DNA of 64,000 nt. It comes from Octopus sinensis. Taxonomy: Eukaryota. Each line of letters starts with the position of its first letter. The stretch's first letter is position 1. The stretch is from positions 39,680,001 through 39,744,000 of the forward strand of contig NC_042997.1 of the NCBI RefSeq assembly GCF_006345805.1. Reading direction: 5' to 3'. The notes beneath the pieces are model-generated. The model was given only the letters and a program-made list of their open reading frames with translations. It did not search any database and was not told the origin of the DNA. A program made the position numbers and the translations under genes. Positions 1 through 13,111 of this stretch are shown here, in pieces.

Positions 1-134
1 CACAAAAGACCTACAAATCATCCTTAGAATAAGCAAATATATTTCATGTGGATCCCAGAAAGGAAAGAATAGCAGTAAATTATTCAATGTTTGGTATACA
101 GATTGTCACAAAGAATATTATTATTATGATTATC

Positions 135-171
<37 letters not shown>

Positions 172-865
172 AGACAAAAACAAAATAGAAACAAAAAAAC
201 AATAAATGTAATGGCCAGAAAGAGTAAACTTGCATCAAGATTGCAATCTTGAAATTCGATACACATTCTCCCAAACAGCTGTCCCTCACATATCTGTTTG
301 CAATCCAACCATGACTTGTATATGCCCACAACTACTCTCCATCAAGTTTCCTTTCTTCATACAGTCACTGTGTAGAATACACATTCTTTTTTCAGCTTAT
401 AACCATTTTGTTTTTAAAGCACTAATCAAGAAACTTGATATCTTTTCTTCTTGATGAATCTTATCTAAATGAAATTTATACTATGCTATATACTGCAATA
501 TAGTATACCAGAGCACTATCCCATCATAATGTTTTGTTATCATTTTAGTTATATTCAATATTACGTTGAGTTTTAAAGTTTAATTCTATCAAGTCCCTGT
601 TACTTTTAATCTACTACTTAACATTTTTTCACAACAACATTTTTGCTTGAGCACATTTTGTTTTTATAGTATCAATAATGCAACTTCTAATGTTTCCTCA
701 ACAAATATTTAATTTTAGGATAGAATTATAACGAAAAGGTTAATAATCCCATCATCATCATCATCATCATGACCATCATTAAACACCCTCCTTCCGAGCT
801 GGCATGGGTTGGATGATTTGACAGGAGCTGACCAGCCAGGAGTCTGCACCATATTCTGTCTGATT

Positions 866-1182
866 GACTCCTGTGTCGGTGGCATGTAAAAAGCACTATC
901 CGAATGTGATCAATGCCAAAACCATCTGACTGGCTTCCATGCCAGTGGCATGTAAAAAGCATTATCTGAACGTGATCAATGCCAGGGCTGCCTGACTGGC
1001 TCCTGTTCTGTAAAAAGCACCCACTACAATCTCAGAGTGGTTGGCATTAGGAAGGACATCCAGCTGTAGAAACCTTGCCAGATCAGATTGGAGCCTGGTG
1101 CAGCCACTGGCTTTCCAGACCCCAGTAAAACAGTTCAACCCATGCCAGCATGGAGAAACACATGTTAAACAATGATGATGAT
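866..1182 (+). mobile_element. RTE-type LINE 3' UTR fragment (tandem ~60-bp subrepeats, (GAT)n tail)
   Basis: Repeated gtggcatgtaaaaagcac subunits, then cccactac..ggttggcattaggaagg..aacccatgccagcatgg..gatgatgat; same family occurs about 20 times in the window. Confidence 0.8.
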
Positions 1183-1992
1183 GTTTTGGCATGGTTTCTT
1201 TTTATGGTCCTTTCTAACACCAGCCACTCTGCAGAGTGGGCTGAGTGCTTTCTATGTGACACCAGCACAGGTGAAGTCATTTATATAGGTATTTATAAAT
1301 AGAAAATTACTCCTACTGTTTCTCTGATGAAGTAAAACTTTGCATACCTGCAGGAAAATTCACATTTCAAAATCAGTGGTTTGATATTATATTGACACAG
1401 TTAATATATCTGGTAATCTCTAATTGCCTCTCTTAATCCATTCATTTTACTAAATTTCTTTCTATAATGTTGCTCAAATTGTTCACACCTCTTCTATTAT
1501 CACAATAAATGTGTGAACAAAAAGGAATTGAGATTCCTTTTGATAAAATAAATGCGTCATTATAGTCTTTATGATTTAGATAGAGATTTCTCTGCTAAAA
1601 CAAGAATCCAGACTAATTCTATTGTAGTTTTAGTAGGTATACTATTTTGCTGAAGACTTGTCAGTAAACTCAATATTTAAAACCACGCAGTACTTGAATT
1701 ATTATTAAAGGTCGAAGCATATGCTGTCCAGGTGAAAAAGAGAAGGAGTTATAGAGGTTGAGGGTATGGTTGGTAACGCACACATGATGAGCTTCTTTCA
1801 ACTTCTGTCATCTACCAAATCCACTCTTGATGCTTTAATTAACCTGGGGCTATAGTAGAAAACATTTACTGAAGATGCTACACAGTGGGACTGAACCCAA
1901 AACCATCTACCTATGGATAGATATTCAATGAAAGGGATTTTAGGCCAAAACAAATGGATTAATGACTACAAGTTTATTTCACAAGTCATACA

Positions 1993-2377
1993 AGTGTAAA
2001 AAGATTCGAGCAAGGTCATTGCCAGTACCGCCTGAGTGGCCCCCATGCTAGTGGCACGTAAAAGGGCACCATTCGAGCGTGATTGTTACCAACCTCACCT
2101 TACTGGCACCTGTGCCGGTGACATGTGTAAAAGGATTTGAGCGAGGTCATTGCCAGTACTGCCTGAGTGGCCCCCGTACCAGTGGCACGTAAAAAGCACC
2201 CACTACACTCTCGGAGTGGTTGGCGTTAGGAAGGGCATCCAGCTGTAGAAACTCTGCCAGATCAAGATTGGAGCCTGGTGCAGCCATCTGGTTCACCAGC
2301 CCTCAGTCAAAATCGTCCAACCCATGCTAGCATGGAAAGCGGACGTTAAACGATGATGATGATGATAATGATGATGA
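1993..2377 (+). mobile_element. RTE-type LINE 3' UTR fragment
   Basis: Same subrepeat, conserved 3' block and (GAT)n tail. Confidence 0.85.
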
Positions 2378-3416
2378 TACAAATATGATACAAATGTTTC
2401 TTACAAACCATAGAAAAAAGTGGGAATATGTTATCACTGGCATAAAGTCATTTGCATAATGGTTCAAAGCTGATGACTGGATTTTGGATTATGAGTACAA
2501 GTTGATCTTACAAGTTATACAAACGTAATATAATGTTTCTTATGAACCATAAAAGGAATTGGCAACAAACTGTAACTGGCATAATGTCATTTACATAACA
2601 GTATAAGATTGATTGCTGGGTTTTAATTAGAAATGCACCAGCACAGCATTGTTATGAATAAATGTGAACATGGAATTCATATACAATAGGTGTAATAAAC
2701 TTAGACATGTTGGGAAAATATAAACTTGTGAATAAATTGCGTGTTCTTCAACAGCTGACACTGAATATCATCCAATTAGTTTTGTCTTTTCTAAAACACA
2801 TAAAACATTACTTATCTCACATCTCAGTAGCGAAAATTACAGAGAATATATCTTCCTATAGTAAATATAAACAAACTGTTTACTGGTGTGAAGTCTTTTA
2901 CATAACGGTACAAGGTTGATGGCTGAGATTTAAGAACAGAAGTACCAGCACAGTATGGTTATGAATAAGTATGGATGTGAACAACATATTGCTTTTGAAA
3001 TCTTTTATCTAAGATCTTGTGATACATTTACAGTTTATATTTTCACTGAGTCCAAATATATGTTTATTAAACATGTATATGATTTCTGCCTACTTATTTA
3101 TTTATAACCAATATGTGTAGGTACTTTTGTTATTAAAACCCTGCACACAACCCGTACAATTATACAGATGACTTTACTCAGTAATTGTTTATATTTTTAA
3201 TGAGGTATAGTTTTTGTAATTTTATCAGTTGAAAGGTGAGTAACCCAGCGTATGTCTAAAGAAAAATTAAATTAGTTGTATATTTTCTCACAGTAGCTGC
3301 CACACCCACACACATATACACAGAGTTACTTAATAATATTTAAAACTGAAATCTTACATTATCATTATTCTTACTGTTTTTGTTTTTGAAATGATGGCTG
3401 AGGGTTTTATTTACAA

Positions 3417-3808
3417 CTAGCAGTATAGCCCGGCATTGCTCGGGTTTGTTTCGACCCTTTAGAATTGGAATTTTTGAAAAGTAAAAATTTTACATTATGT
3501 AGCTTGTAATTCTCTTTAAGTGAACATTTTTCTGGTTGAAATACACCGAAAAATGGCAACACAGCAGTAAAAAAATTGTAAAAAGTAGGGAATTTCATAG
3601 AAAAAAAGCACCTTTTTGATGTAAATAATTTTTGGTGTTAACATGGTCCGATTTGAATTTTATCTTCTACAAAATGAAGAGCAAGCCTTCTTCTATCATA
3701 CTCTCAATTTTGGTCAACTTGCGCCACAGGGTCTCGGAGGAGATAGTGTTAGTTGAAGGCTACCAAACCTGCCATACACAGACAACTGCAGCTTTATATA
3801 TAGAGAGA
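3417..3808 (-). mobile_element. Non-autonomous Helitron
   Basis: Minus strand starts TC after an A, has subterminal hairpin cccgagcaatgccggg, ends CTAG followed by T; 3' end shared with copies at 22115 and 43179. Confidence 0.8.
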
Positions 3809-4610
3809 TTACAGACAAATATAGGTGCTGTATATTTGTATATTTGGTCAAAGGGAAGCTTTTGAATACTGAGGTTCTAAGATTCAAACTCTTATGATGT
3901 AAAATTTAACATTTAAAATATAATGGTTGGCAATGCATTTAAACTTAAGGGTGGAGATATATGCGATAAAGTAAGGAACTACATGACAAAGAGGCAGGCA
4001 GGATAGTTAGAGGAGCGTAAAAATGAGCAAGAAAGTGTCAAATGTGTGAATATGTAATTGAAGAAATGAAGAAACAAATAGGGAAGTTAGGGAGAAGAAG
4101 AAATAATTGTATTAATGTTTATACAAGAGTAGAAGAAAAAAAGGAAGAAAGAGAGAATCACAATTATATGAAAAAGTAGAGATAGAAAAATATAAAAAAA
4201 GGAATAAAGTGAAGAGAGACAACATGTATGTTGATGATGGAGATAATAGCTGACTGATATTAAAAAAAAAAGTAAAGTGAAAAAATGTACTGATAACATT
4301 AAACAGACAATCTGAGTTCTTTTTCTAATTATGGGTAAAAGAGAATTTTTTTGCTAATAGGTTTCAATTCTTCTGCAAAATCCCTTGGAATAATTCTTGG
4401 ATAATACAAAGACTGACGTAAAATACAGATCAAGAAGAGAAACTCAAGACATCCATGGGGATATTTATAGAACTTCAGAGAACTTCCCCAAAATGTCAAA
4501 GAATATTGAAGAAATTTCACTTAGAAAATACAACAGATTTAACCTGTAGAATAAACTTGTTCAACTAAAATTACTTCAAAATAATCAGTTACAATCTAAA
4601 CCTTCCAGAA

Positions 4611-4945
4611 CAGGGGTTCCCAAACACTTTTTATCTATGGACCCCTTTGATTGCTATTTTATTCTGGTGGACCCCCATAGCCATTTGATGTTTAAAAACT
4701 AGTTTTAGTGAAACATTTTGTTTTTCACGCATTCCCTTGTGTAAGTTGAACTATGTAAAATGTTAGGGAAAGAACCCTAGCTGTTTCTTGCAATACATAC
4801 CAATACATACATTTAAAGCAACAATGTTCAGGGGCCCTCAAAATACTATTGTGGCCCTGGCCCAATTAACTACTTTGCTATGTGGTCCCTGCTGAACTTT
4901 ATGTGGAACCTCAGGGGTCATATGGACTCAGGTTGAGAGCTGCTG
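4611..4945. mobile_element. hAT (Charlie-like) MITE
   Basis: Termini caggggttcccaaac / ggttgagagctgctg; 8-bp TSD ttccagaa (4603-4610) / ttctagaa (4946-4953); related copy in opposite orientation at 38322. Confidence 0.8.
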
Positions 4946-4993
4946 TTCTAGAAAAAGATTTGGTAAATTCAACCACTGATCATCATCATTTAA

Positions 4994-5253
4994 AAAAATA
5001 AATAAATGCGCCTTTTTAAAGCCTAGCCAGGCTCATGGGCCCAGTTTCCCATTTCTATGGCGTTTGTGTTCCCTAGCTGGACGGGATGCCAGTCCATCGC
5101 AGCGTTACTCATTTTTGCCAGCTGAGTGGACTGGAGCAATGTGAAATGCAGTGTTTTGCTCAAGGACACAATGCATCACCCGGTCCAGGGATCGAAACCA
5201 CAATCTTATGATTATGGTGCTGACACCCTAACCACTAAGCCACGTGCCTCCAC
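4994..5253 (-). mobile_element. tRNA-derived SINE inserted into the (GAT)n tail of a decayed RTE 3' end
   Basis: Minus strand A box tggcttagtgg, B box gtttcgatccc; 13-bp TSD catcatcatttaa at 4981-4993 and 5254-5266. Confidence 0.8.
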
Positions 5254-5589
5254 CATCATCATTTAATGTCTGCTAAATGACCAGAGCTTGTAAGCAGGAG
5301 AGCTGCATCAAGTTCTATGCTGATCTGGCTTGGTTTCTACAACTGGATGCCAACCACTTTACAGGGTGTGGTGGATGCCCTTTACATGACAACAGCATGG
5401 GTACTTTTTAATGGACTGGCACAGATAGACTTGCATGGGTGCCTTTAATGTGGACTTTAATGTGCATAGGTGCCTTTAATGTGGCACGGGTACTTTTGAC
5501 ATGGACCAGCATAGGTACTTTTTATGTGGACTGGCATGGATATGCATACATATTTGCAACAACATAATCTCATATATACAGTCACATAA

Positions 5590-5708
5590 TTCCTCCTCCT
5601 CATCATCCTCATCATCCTCATCATCCTCATCATCACCATCATCACCACCACCACCACCACCACCACCAACATCATCATCATCATCATCATCATCATCACC
5701 ACTATCAC

Positions 5709-5749
<41 letters not shown>

Positions 5750-5762
5750 CCACCACAACCAC

Positions 5763-5796
<34 letters not shown>

Positions 5797-6053
5797 GTCG
5801 TCGTTTAACATCCGTTTTCCAAGCTGGCATTGTTTGACAGGAGCTGTCAGGCCAAAGGGCTGCACCAGGCTCCAGTTGTCTGTTCTGGCAAGGTTTCCCA
5901 CGGCTGAGGTGCCCTCTCTAACGCCAACCACTTTACAAAGTGTACTGAGTGCTTTTTTTTTTTTTGACATGGCACCAGCATGGGTGGTTCTCATGCGGTA
6001 CCAGCACAGGTGCTTTTTACGTGGCACCGGCACGGATGCTTTTTACGTGGTGC
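5590..6053 (-). mobile_element. RTE 3' UTR fragment with greatly expanded (GAT/GGT)n tail
   Basis: (CAT/CAC)n tract 5590-5800 continues into reverse-complemented RTE 3' block. Confidence 0.7.
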
Positions 6054-6464
6054 TGATCCAAAGACCAAGCAGAATACGAGCAGCCAATAACGTCACCTCC
6101 ATCCCACTCCCCTGACAACTGCAAGAAAATGCAGGATTTTTCTTTCTTTCCCTTACCATTTCTTCTCTACTTCTATTTCCATTTCTGCTAATTATCTAAT
6201 GATTCTACACAACCCATGTCTATGCATTCTGAACAATGGATCACCTGTATCACACTTCGTATCTAGTCATGTGAGGTGCCAGTAAACACAAACAACTCTT
6301 GCACTTTGGCGCTGAGTAATGCTTTGAACTTCTCGCTTGTACCTATGTATGAGCAAGAAGTTCAAAGAAGTTCATACACACACCAAGACACACACACACA
6401 CACACGTGCACATTTGCTGTTGCTCTTTATCCTAACCATATATGCATGTGTATGTATGTTTGTG

Positions 6465-6525
<61 letters not shown>

Positions 6526-6792
6526 TTATCAATCAATCTATCTATCTATCTATTTGTCGGCCTGCCTGCCTGTCAGTTTATCTGTCTGTCTGTCTGTCCT
6601 TCTGTCTCTCTGTCTGTCTATTTGTCTATTTGTCTGTTTGTCTGCCTGCCTGTCAGCCAGTCAGTTTGTCTGTCTGTCTGTCTGTCTGTGTGTCTAACTA
6701 TATATCTATCTATTTGTCTATTTGTCTGTTTGCCTGCCTGCCTGCCTGCCTGTCTGTCAGTTAGTCAGTCAGTCAGCCAGTTTGTCCGTCTG

Positions 6793-6872
<80 letters not shown>

Positions 6873-6891
6873 ACTATCTATCTATCTATCT
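6465..6891. repeat. Compound tetranucleotide microsatellite (TCTA)n/(TCTG)n/(GCCT)n
   Basis: Direct reading. Confidence 0.95.
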
Positions 6892-7189
6892 ACGTGCATA
6901 CATACACATATATAAACATACATAGATAGATATATCTACATACTTATGTATATCTATATACACATACACACAAATACACACAAATACACACACACACACA
7001 CACACACACATGTATTAAAATAGAAAACGTAAAAGCAAAAAATTTGGCATCACTTGAAGAAACATTTCATTTAGCCAGAGAATATACGTATATACTTATA
7101 TACGTATATGTTATCAGTAGAAAGTTACTAAAGCAATTGAAGGACAGAGTTTTGTGCATGGCACTTATCAAACCAAGCGTACGCATATA

Positions 7190-7985
7190 TGTGTGTCTGT
7201 ATCTATATCTGAGTGTGTGTGTATGTGTGTTTGTGTGTGTGTGAGTGTGTCTCTGTGTGTGTGTGAGCGTGTGTGGGTATATGTGAGTGTGTGTGTATGT
7301 GTGTTGATGGGTTTGTGTTTGTGCGTGTGTGCATATGTGTGTGTCTGTGTGTTTGTGTGTGTATAGTGTGTGTGTGTGTGTGTGTACGTGTGAATGTGTG
7401 CTTGTGTGTGTATGTGAGTGTGTGTGTATGTGTGTTGATGGGTTTGTGTTTGTGCGTGTGTGCATATGTGTGTGTCTGTGTGTTTATGTGTGTTGTGTAT
7501 GTGTATGTGTACGTGTGTATGTGTGCTTGTGTGTGTATGTGAGTGTGTGTGTATGTGTGTGGATGGGTTTGTGTTTGTGTGTGTGCATATGTGTGTGTCT
7601 GTGTGTTTGTGTGTGTACAGTGTGTGTGTGTGTGTGTGTGTTGTGTGCTTGTATGTGTATGTGAGTGTGTGCTTGTGCATGGGTGTGTATGTGTGCTTGT
7701 GTGTGTGTGTGTGTGAGTGTGTGAATGTATGCTTGTGTGTATGTGTGTGTGGGTGAGTTTGTGAGTGTTTGTGTGAGTGTGTGTGTATGTGTGTGTGTCT
7801 GTGTGTGTTGTGTGTGTGTATGTGTGTGTGTGTATGTGAGTGTGTGTTTGTGCATGGGTGTGTATGTGTGCTGTGTGTGTGTGTGTGAGTGTGTGAATGT
7901 ATGCTTGTGTGTATGTGTGTGTGGGTGAGTTTGTGAGTGTTTGTGTGAGTGTGTGTGTATGTGTGTGTGTCTGTGTTTCTGTGTG
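7190..7985. repeat. (GT)n-derived compound repeat with higher-order ~120-130-bp units
   Basis: Motif gatgggtttgtgtttgtg..gcatatgtg recurs at ~7307, 7437 and 7562; similar GT repeat resumes at 9049-9200. Confidence 0.9.
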
Positions 7986-9048
7986 TCGAACCAATTCTAC
8001 TATATGGCTCAGAAACCTGGACGTTATCAAAGAAGCTTGAGAGGCGGTTGGATGGAACCTACACTCGCCTCCTTATGAGAGCTCAAAATCTCTCGTGGAA
8101 GCGCCATCCAACTAAAATGCAAATACATGGGAAATTACCACCTGTATCATCTCTTGTTAGTTAGTTAGTTAGTTAGTTAATTTGGCTCAAAAGCAAATAG
8201 CAAGGCCATGTAGGGGGACATGGAGTTAAGTACAGGGTGGTGTTCATGTAAAGAGTTCAGGCCACTTGAGGTCCAGGGAGGCTTTGAACAAAGCGGTCGT
8301 CGGCATCTTCACCATCTCGTCTGGCAGCTTGTTCCACGGATCCGCAACCCGGACGGAGAAAGCTCCTCTCCTTCGATTGAGATGAAATCGTCGCAGGTAG
8401 AGCTTTTCGGAATGACCCCGCAGCCGACGCTCCGGAGCAGGAGTGAAGAACAGCTCTTTCGAGAGGTTACACTTCCCGCTTATGATGTTGTGGGCGAGAA
8501 TGAGATCACCACGGCGGCGGCGTTTTTCAAGAGAACAAAGGTCGAGCGTCCTCAGCCTTTCTTCGTAGGACAAATTTTTGAGACCATGAACCATGCGGGT
8601 AGCCAGCCTCTGGACTCTTTCGAGGTGCTGTATGTCTTTGAGGAGATAAGGAGAAGAGGCTTGAATCCCATACTCCAATATGGGTCTCACCAGCGTGACA
8701 TAGAGTGGCAGGAATATGGCTGCTGTGAGCATTCCGAATGACCGTCGAATCAAAAACAGAATTCCGCGCGCTTTGTTGGCAGCATGGATGCACTGTGAAA
8801 GGTAGGAGAGTCCAGTTTGCTGGACATTGTTGTAGAGCTGAAAAAGAAGTAATTTCTACTCTTCTCCTCTGGAAGCCATCTACTCGCAGCACCAGAGGGC
8901 GCACACTCTCCTACCCTGATGTAATCTCCAGGGATACAGGCATCCAGCAACAGGACCTCCGTAATGCTATGATGGACCGTGAAGTCTGGCGCAACATGGT
9001 AAATTCCATTGTCTCGATCACGGTCAAACAATGATGATGATGATGATG
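7986..9048 (+). mobile_element. 5'-truncated RTE-clade LINE (ORF C-terminus), interrupted by CR1
   Basis: Joining 7986-8157 to 8797-9034 gives uninterrupted EPILLYGSETWTLSKKLERRLDGTYTRLL..PPVSSLV|KGRRVQFAGHCCR..MMDREVWRNMV..*; followed by (TGA)n tail. Confidence 0.9.
8158..8793 (-). mobile_element. 5'-truncated CR1-clade LINE (ORF2 C-terminus, 3' UTR, (CTAA)n tail)
   Basis: Open frame ANKARGILFLIRRSF..LYVTLVRPILEYGIQASSPY..LERVQRLATRMV..SYEERL..RRRGDLI..RGH..FSVRVADPWNKLP; 3' UTR hairpin ccatgt/acatgg; possible 3-bp TSD tgt. Confidence 0.92.
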
Positions 9049-9155
9049 TCTGTGTGTGTATTGTGTGTGTGTATGTGTGTTTGTGCATGGGTGTGTGTGT
9101 GTGTGTGTGTGTTGTGTGCTTGTGTGTGTATGTGAGTGTGTGTTTGTGCATGGGT

Positions 9156-9186
<31 letters not shown>

Positions 9187-9559
9187 CATGCGTGTGTATA
9201 TGTGTACTTCTTATTGTGGATAAGTGAGTGTACACTCTAGTGCCTGCAAACATGAGAAAATGTTCTTGTTATGAGTTGTAAACTCTTTCATAAGCTCTTC
9301 ACAAGCATGGCCTGAATTTTGCCTTTTGGCATGAGACAGGTACTTGAAGAATGATGCGGAGCAAAGGTGAGCAGCTTGGAAACTGACAGAAAAAAACATC
9401 CTGCAGAACAAACTGTATGTAAAGAGAAGATCAAACAAAGCTGTTTATATAGGAAGGGAGAGAAACTAGGTTGAAACTGGAACATCCAACACATTTTGTT
9501 TTTAGTCTGGAATATGGAAATGTGGCCATAACTTTTGCAGATTCTCTGTGACTGGAATA

Positions 9560-9906
9560 ACACACCCATACACGCATATACATGCAGGCACACACAGACG
9601 CACACACTCACACACACACACACACAAACATGCACACACATACACACAAACATACATACACACACTCACATACACAGACACAAACATGCTCACACACACA
9701 CCCATACACGCATTTACATGCAGACACACACAGACGCACACACACACAAACATGCACACACACATACACACAAACATACATATACACACATACACACACA
9801 AACATGCTCACACACACGCACACACACTCACACACACATACACACAAACATACATATACACACATACACACACACAAACATGTTCACACACACACACACA
9901 CACACA
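9560..9906. repeat. (CA)n-derived compound microsatellite
   Basis: Direct reading. Confidence 0.9.
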
Positions 9907-10076
9907 AGTCTGTGATGGGCTTCTGCACAGTTTCCATCTGCTAAATTTCTTCCATAAGGCATTGGTCAGACTCTTGTAGAAGGTGCTGTTGATTGGTTAT
10001 GAATCAAACTTCTCAATCACATACACATATGTATATATAAGCCATCCTGTGTACATATATATATACATATATATAT

Positions 10077-10630
10077 ACGAGCAAAACACCTCCTGTCCAA
10101 TGGTGCTGAGTTGTCAAACATTTAAATCAAATTTTCTCAAAACAACTTGTCCGACCGTCTCATTGGCCTCCCCTTTGGGAAACACTGATTCAACCAAAAT
10201 TTGAGACACCAGCAAAAGAAGAAATAAAGATAGAATTTTTTTCTATTCCAAAGAAAAACGATTTTATTCACACAAATATGCAACCGAAGAGTTTAAAGTA
10301 CCAGTAATTATATGGCTGTTGACTGGGAGAACACAAACATGGTTTAAACAGTAAGCTTAGCAGGAAAGAAACGTGCCTTTAAGTAGTACAAAAACAACAA
10401 AAATGGAAGGTGCAGTTCTGTACAGGTTGACGGAAGAAAAGCAGGACAAAAACGGATTTATCGATCGCATTCTCAACTGGAATCGATTTTTGTAATTTTT
10501 TTCAAGACTTATACACGCCCGGATACTGTCGGTATCTACATATCAAATTTGAGTGCAATCGGATGGAGGATGCCCGAGATCCTAGAAGACACACACAGAC
10601 AGACAGACAGAACAGATTTTATATAATAGA
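10077..10630 (-). mobile_element. Probable non-autonomous Helitron (second family)
   Basis: Minus strand starts A|TCtattatataaaatctgttctgtctgtc; subterminal hairpin gcacc..ggtgt; ends CTCG|T (variant of CTAG). Confidence 0.5.
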
Positions 10631-10806
10631 TATATATATGTAAAAGTAAGATCCAAAGATCAAGGTGTAGGAAGATAGTGAGCTTCAAGCAGTCCATAGA
10701 AGATATAAAAAATAACTTTCAGGAACAATAGTGGTTTATTGGCACAGAAGGTTGTGAATTTTTCCTGTATTGAAGTACGATAAGCTGAAAAAAGTTATTA
10801 TATATA

Positions 10807-10968
10807 GGCGCAGGAGTGGCTGTGTGGTAAGTAGCTCGCTAACCAACCACATGGTTCTGGGTTCAATCCCACTGCGTGGCATCTTGGGCAAGTGTCTTCT
10901 GCTATAGCCCTGGGCCGACCAAAGCCTTGTGAGTGGATTTGGTAGACGGAAACTGAAAGAAGCCTGTC

Positions 10969-11013
<45 letters not shown>

Positions 11014-11228
11014 GTGTGTTTGTGTGTCTGTGTTTGTTCCCCTAGCATTGCTTGACAACCGATGCTGGTGTGTTTACGTCCCCATCACTTAGCGTTTCGG
11101 CAAAAGAGACCGATAGAATAAGTACTGGGCTTACAAAGAATAAGTCCCGGGGTCGATTTGCTCGACTAAAGGCGGTGCTCCAGCATGGCCGCAGTCAAAT
11201 GACTGAAACAAGTAAAAGAGTAAAGAGT
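10807..11228 (+). mobile_element. tRNA-derived SINE family A (internal (TA)n, gtaaaaga tail), full length
   Basis: A box tggctgtgtgg, B box ggttcaatccc; at least 7 near-full copies in window. Confidence 0.9.
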
Positions 11229-11454
11229 AATATATCACGGTTAGCAACTGGAGTTGCTGTATATGTGAATAAATATACCTAAAATTTGGGAATGGAGTAG
11301 ATAAAATCCAGGTTACATCTATTTCACAGCTAGCGGAACCTTGGGAGTAGTAATTATTGAAACGAAGGGTAGACCACAAGCAAATGTATGTGTGTGTATT
11401 TGTGTGTCCATGTGTGTATATATTTGAGAGTGAAAGAGAGATAGATAGATAGAG

Positions 11455-11491
<37 letters not shown>

Positions 11492-11823
11492 AGGACACAC
11501 ACACAAACATGCACACTGGAAAGAAGGGGGATAACTCCAACACTATCTCCCTCCATTGATGAAAGAACAAAGTTTCCATCTTGTTAAATTTCGTGAGAGA
11601 AGCATAGTCTCCTTGACTAAGTAGAGGAAGCATAAATAGAAACACAGATAAAATAACTAAGCTGATCATGTGTAGAAACCATTCTGCATGATAAAGAGTT
11701 TCTGCAATACTTACACACACACACACTCACACGTTTTTTCTTCATGTTATAGTAAAAACACTTTTACATTAAACTGGAGAAGTACTCAATACAGATGGTA
11801 TTGAAAGGAAAGAAAGAAGGAGG

Positions 11824-11858
11824 ATTTAATGTTTCGAGCGGAGCTCTTCATCAGAAAC
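11824..11858 (-). ncRNA. Minimal hammerhead ribozyme motif, partly decayed
   Basis: Minus strand gttt CUGAUGA a gagc-ucc-gcuc GAAAC AUU aaau; core boxes and stem II intact, stem III mismatched. Confidence 0.55.
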
Positions 11859-12540
11859 ATAGCAAAAGGAAAGGTCCAAGGAAGGGAAGACGGAGGAAAA
11901 AAATCGCCAACGATACACACGCGGTCACATATTGAATCATACATATATGTATATATATGTACATAAATAATGAGTATATATTTATATATAATATATATAA
12001 TATATATATAATATATACACACACACATACACACACACATACATATAGTAGATTTTCGGATATGTAGTATAGTGAGTTGAAATTCTTTAGCTAATTGAGA
12101 TTATCATATTTCGCTCAATTTTTGTATAAACTTGATCACTTCTAAACTTAACCAACTGTGGTGAATATACTTCACAGATGACATCAAACAAAATTGAAAC
12201 ATATCTGTTGCTTTTATTTTTGATGCATGATCAACTCTTGACTGCAAAGTCGATTTTTTCCAAAAGTTTCAGTTATCTGATACTGACAGAGTTATTTCTT
12301 TTGATTTCTGTTTTAAGATTTTAAACACCACCAGAAGGAGCTATTTGTCTTCTAACTGTGAAGGTATTCTCAGTTAATTATTTTTTTTTACCTCACTGTA
12401 TTACACATATGTGACTCTACTCGCCTCTTCTGAATATAGATATATGTGTGCGTGTGTGTGTACACACACACACACACACACACATAGTAGATTTTCATAT
12501 ATCTAATATAGTGAGTTGTAATTCTTCGGTTAAACAACAT

Positions 12541-12541
12541 A

Positions 12542-12606
<65 letters not shown>

Positions 12607-12668
12607 GTCTGTCTGTCTATCTATCTATCTGTCTGTCTGTCTGTCTGTCTGTCTGTGTGTCTGTGTGT

Positions 12669-12712
<44 letters not shown>

Positions 12713-12723
12713 ATGTCTGTCTG

Positions 12724-12768
<45 letters not shown>

Positions 12769-12794
12769 TATATATATATATATATATAGATAGA

Positions 12795-12828
<34 letters not shown>

Positions 12829-12835
12829 TACAGGT

Positions 12836-12881
<46 letters not shown>

Positions 12882-12923
12882 ACACACAGACACACAGACA
12901 CACAGATAGATAGATAGACAGAC

Positions 12924-12981
<58 letters not shown>

Positions 12982-12990
12982 TATATTCTG

Positions 12991-13036
<46 letters not shown>

Positions 13037-13047
13037 CAGAATATACT
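12541..13047. repeat. Two adjacent foldback palindromes centred on (TA)n
   Basis: Compound microsatellite 12541-12767 is mirrored by 12788-12980; agtatattctggtg(ta)n caccagaatatact at 12980-13047. Confidence 0.9.
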
Positions 13048-13111
13048 TCAGTACAGCAGGAACTCACATAAAGAATCTTGCAAACCAAATCCCAAAACGA
13101 AATATATATAT

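Noticed and set aside
5457-6115. Poly-Ser/Asp/Met ORFs
   Set aside because: Expanded (CAT)n retrotransposon tail
8158-8179. (TTAG)n as telomere-like repeat
   Set aside because: It is the (CTAA)n tail of the CR1 element
8220-8741. 173-aa plus-strand ORF
   Set aside because: Antisense shadow of the CR1 ORF2 fragment
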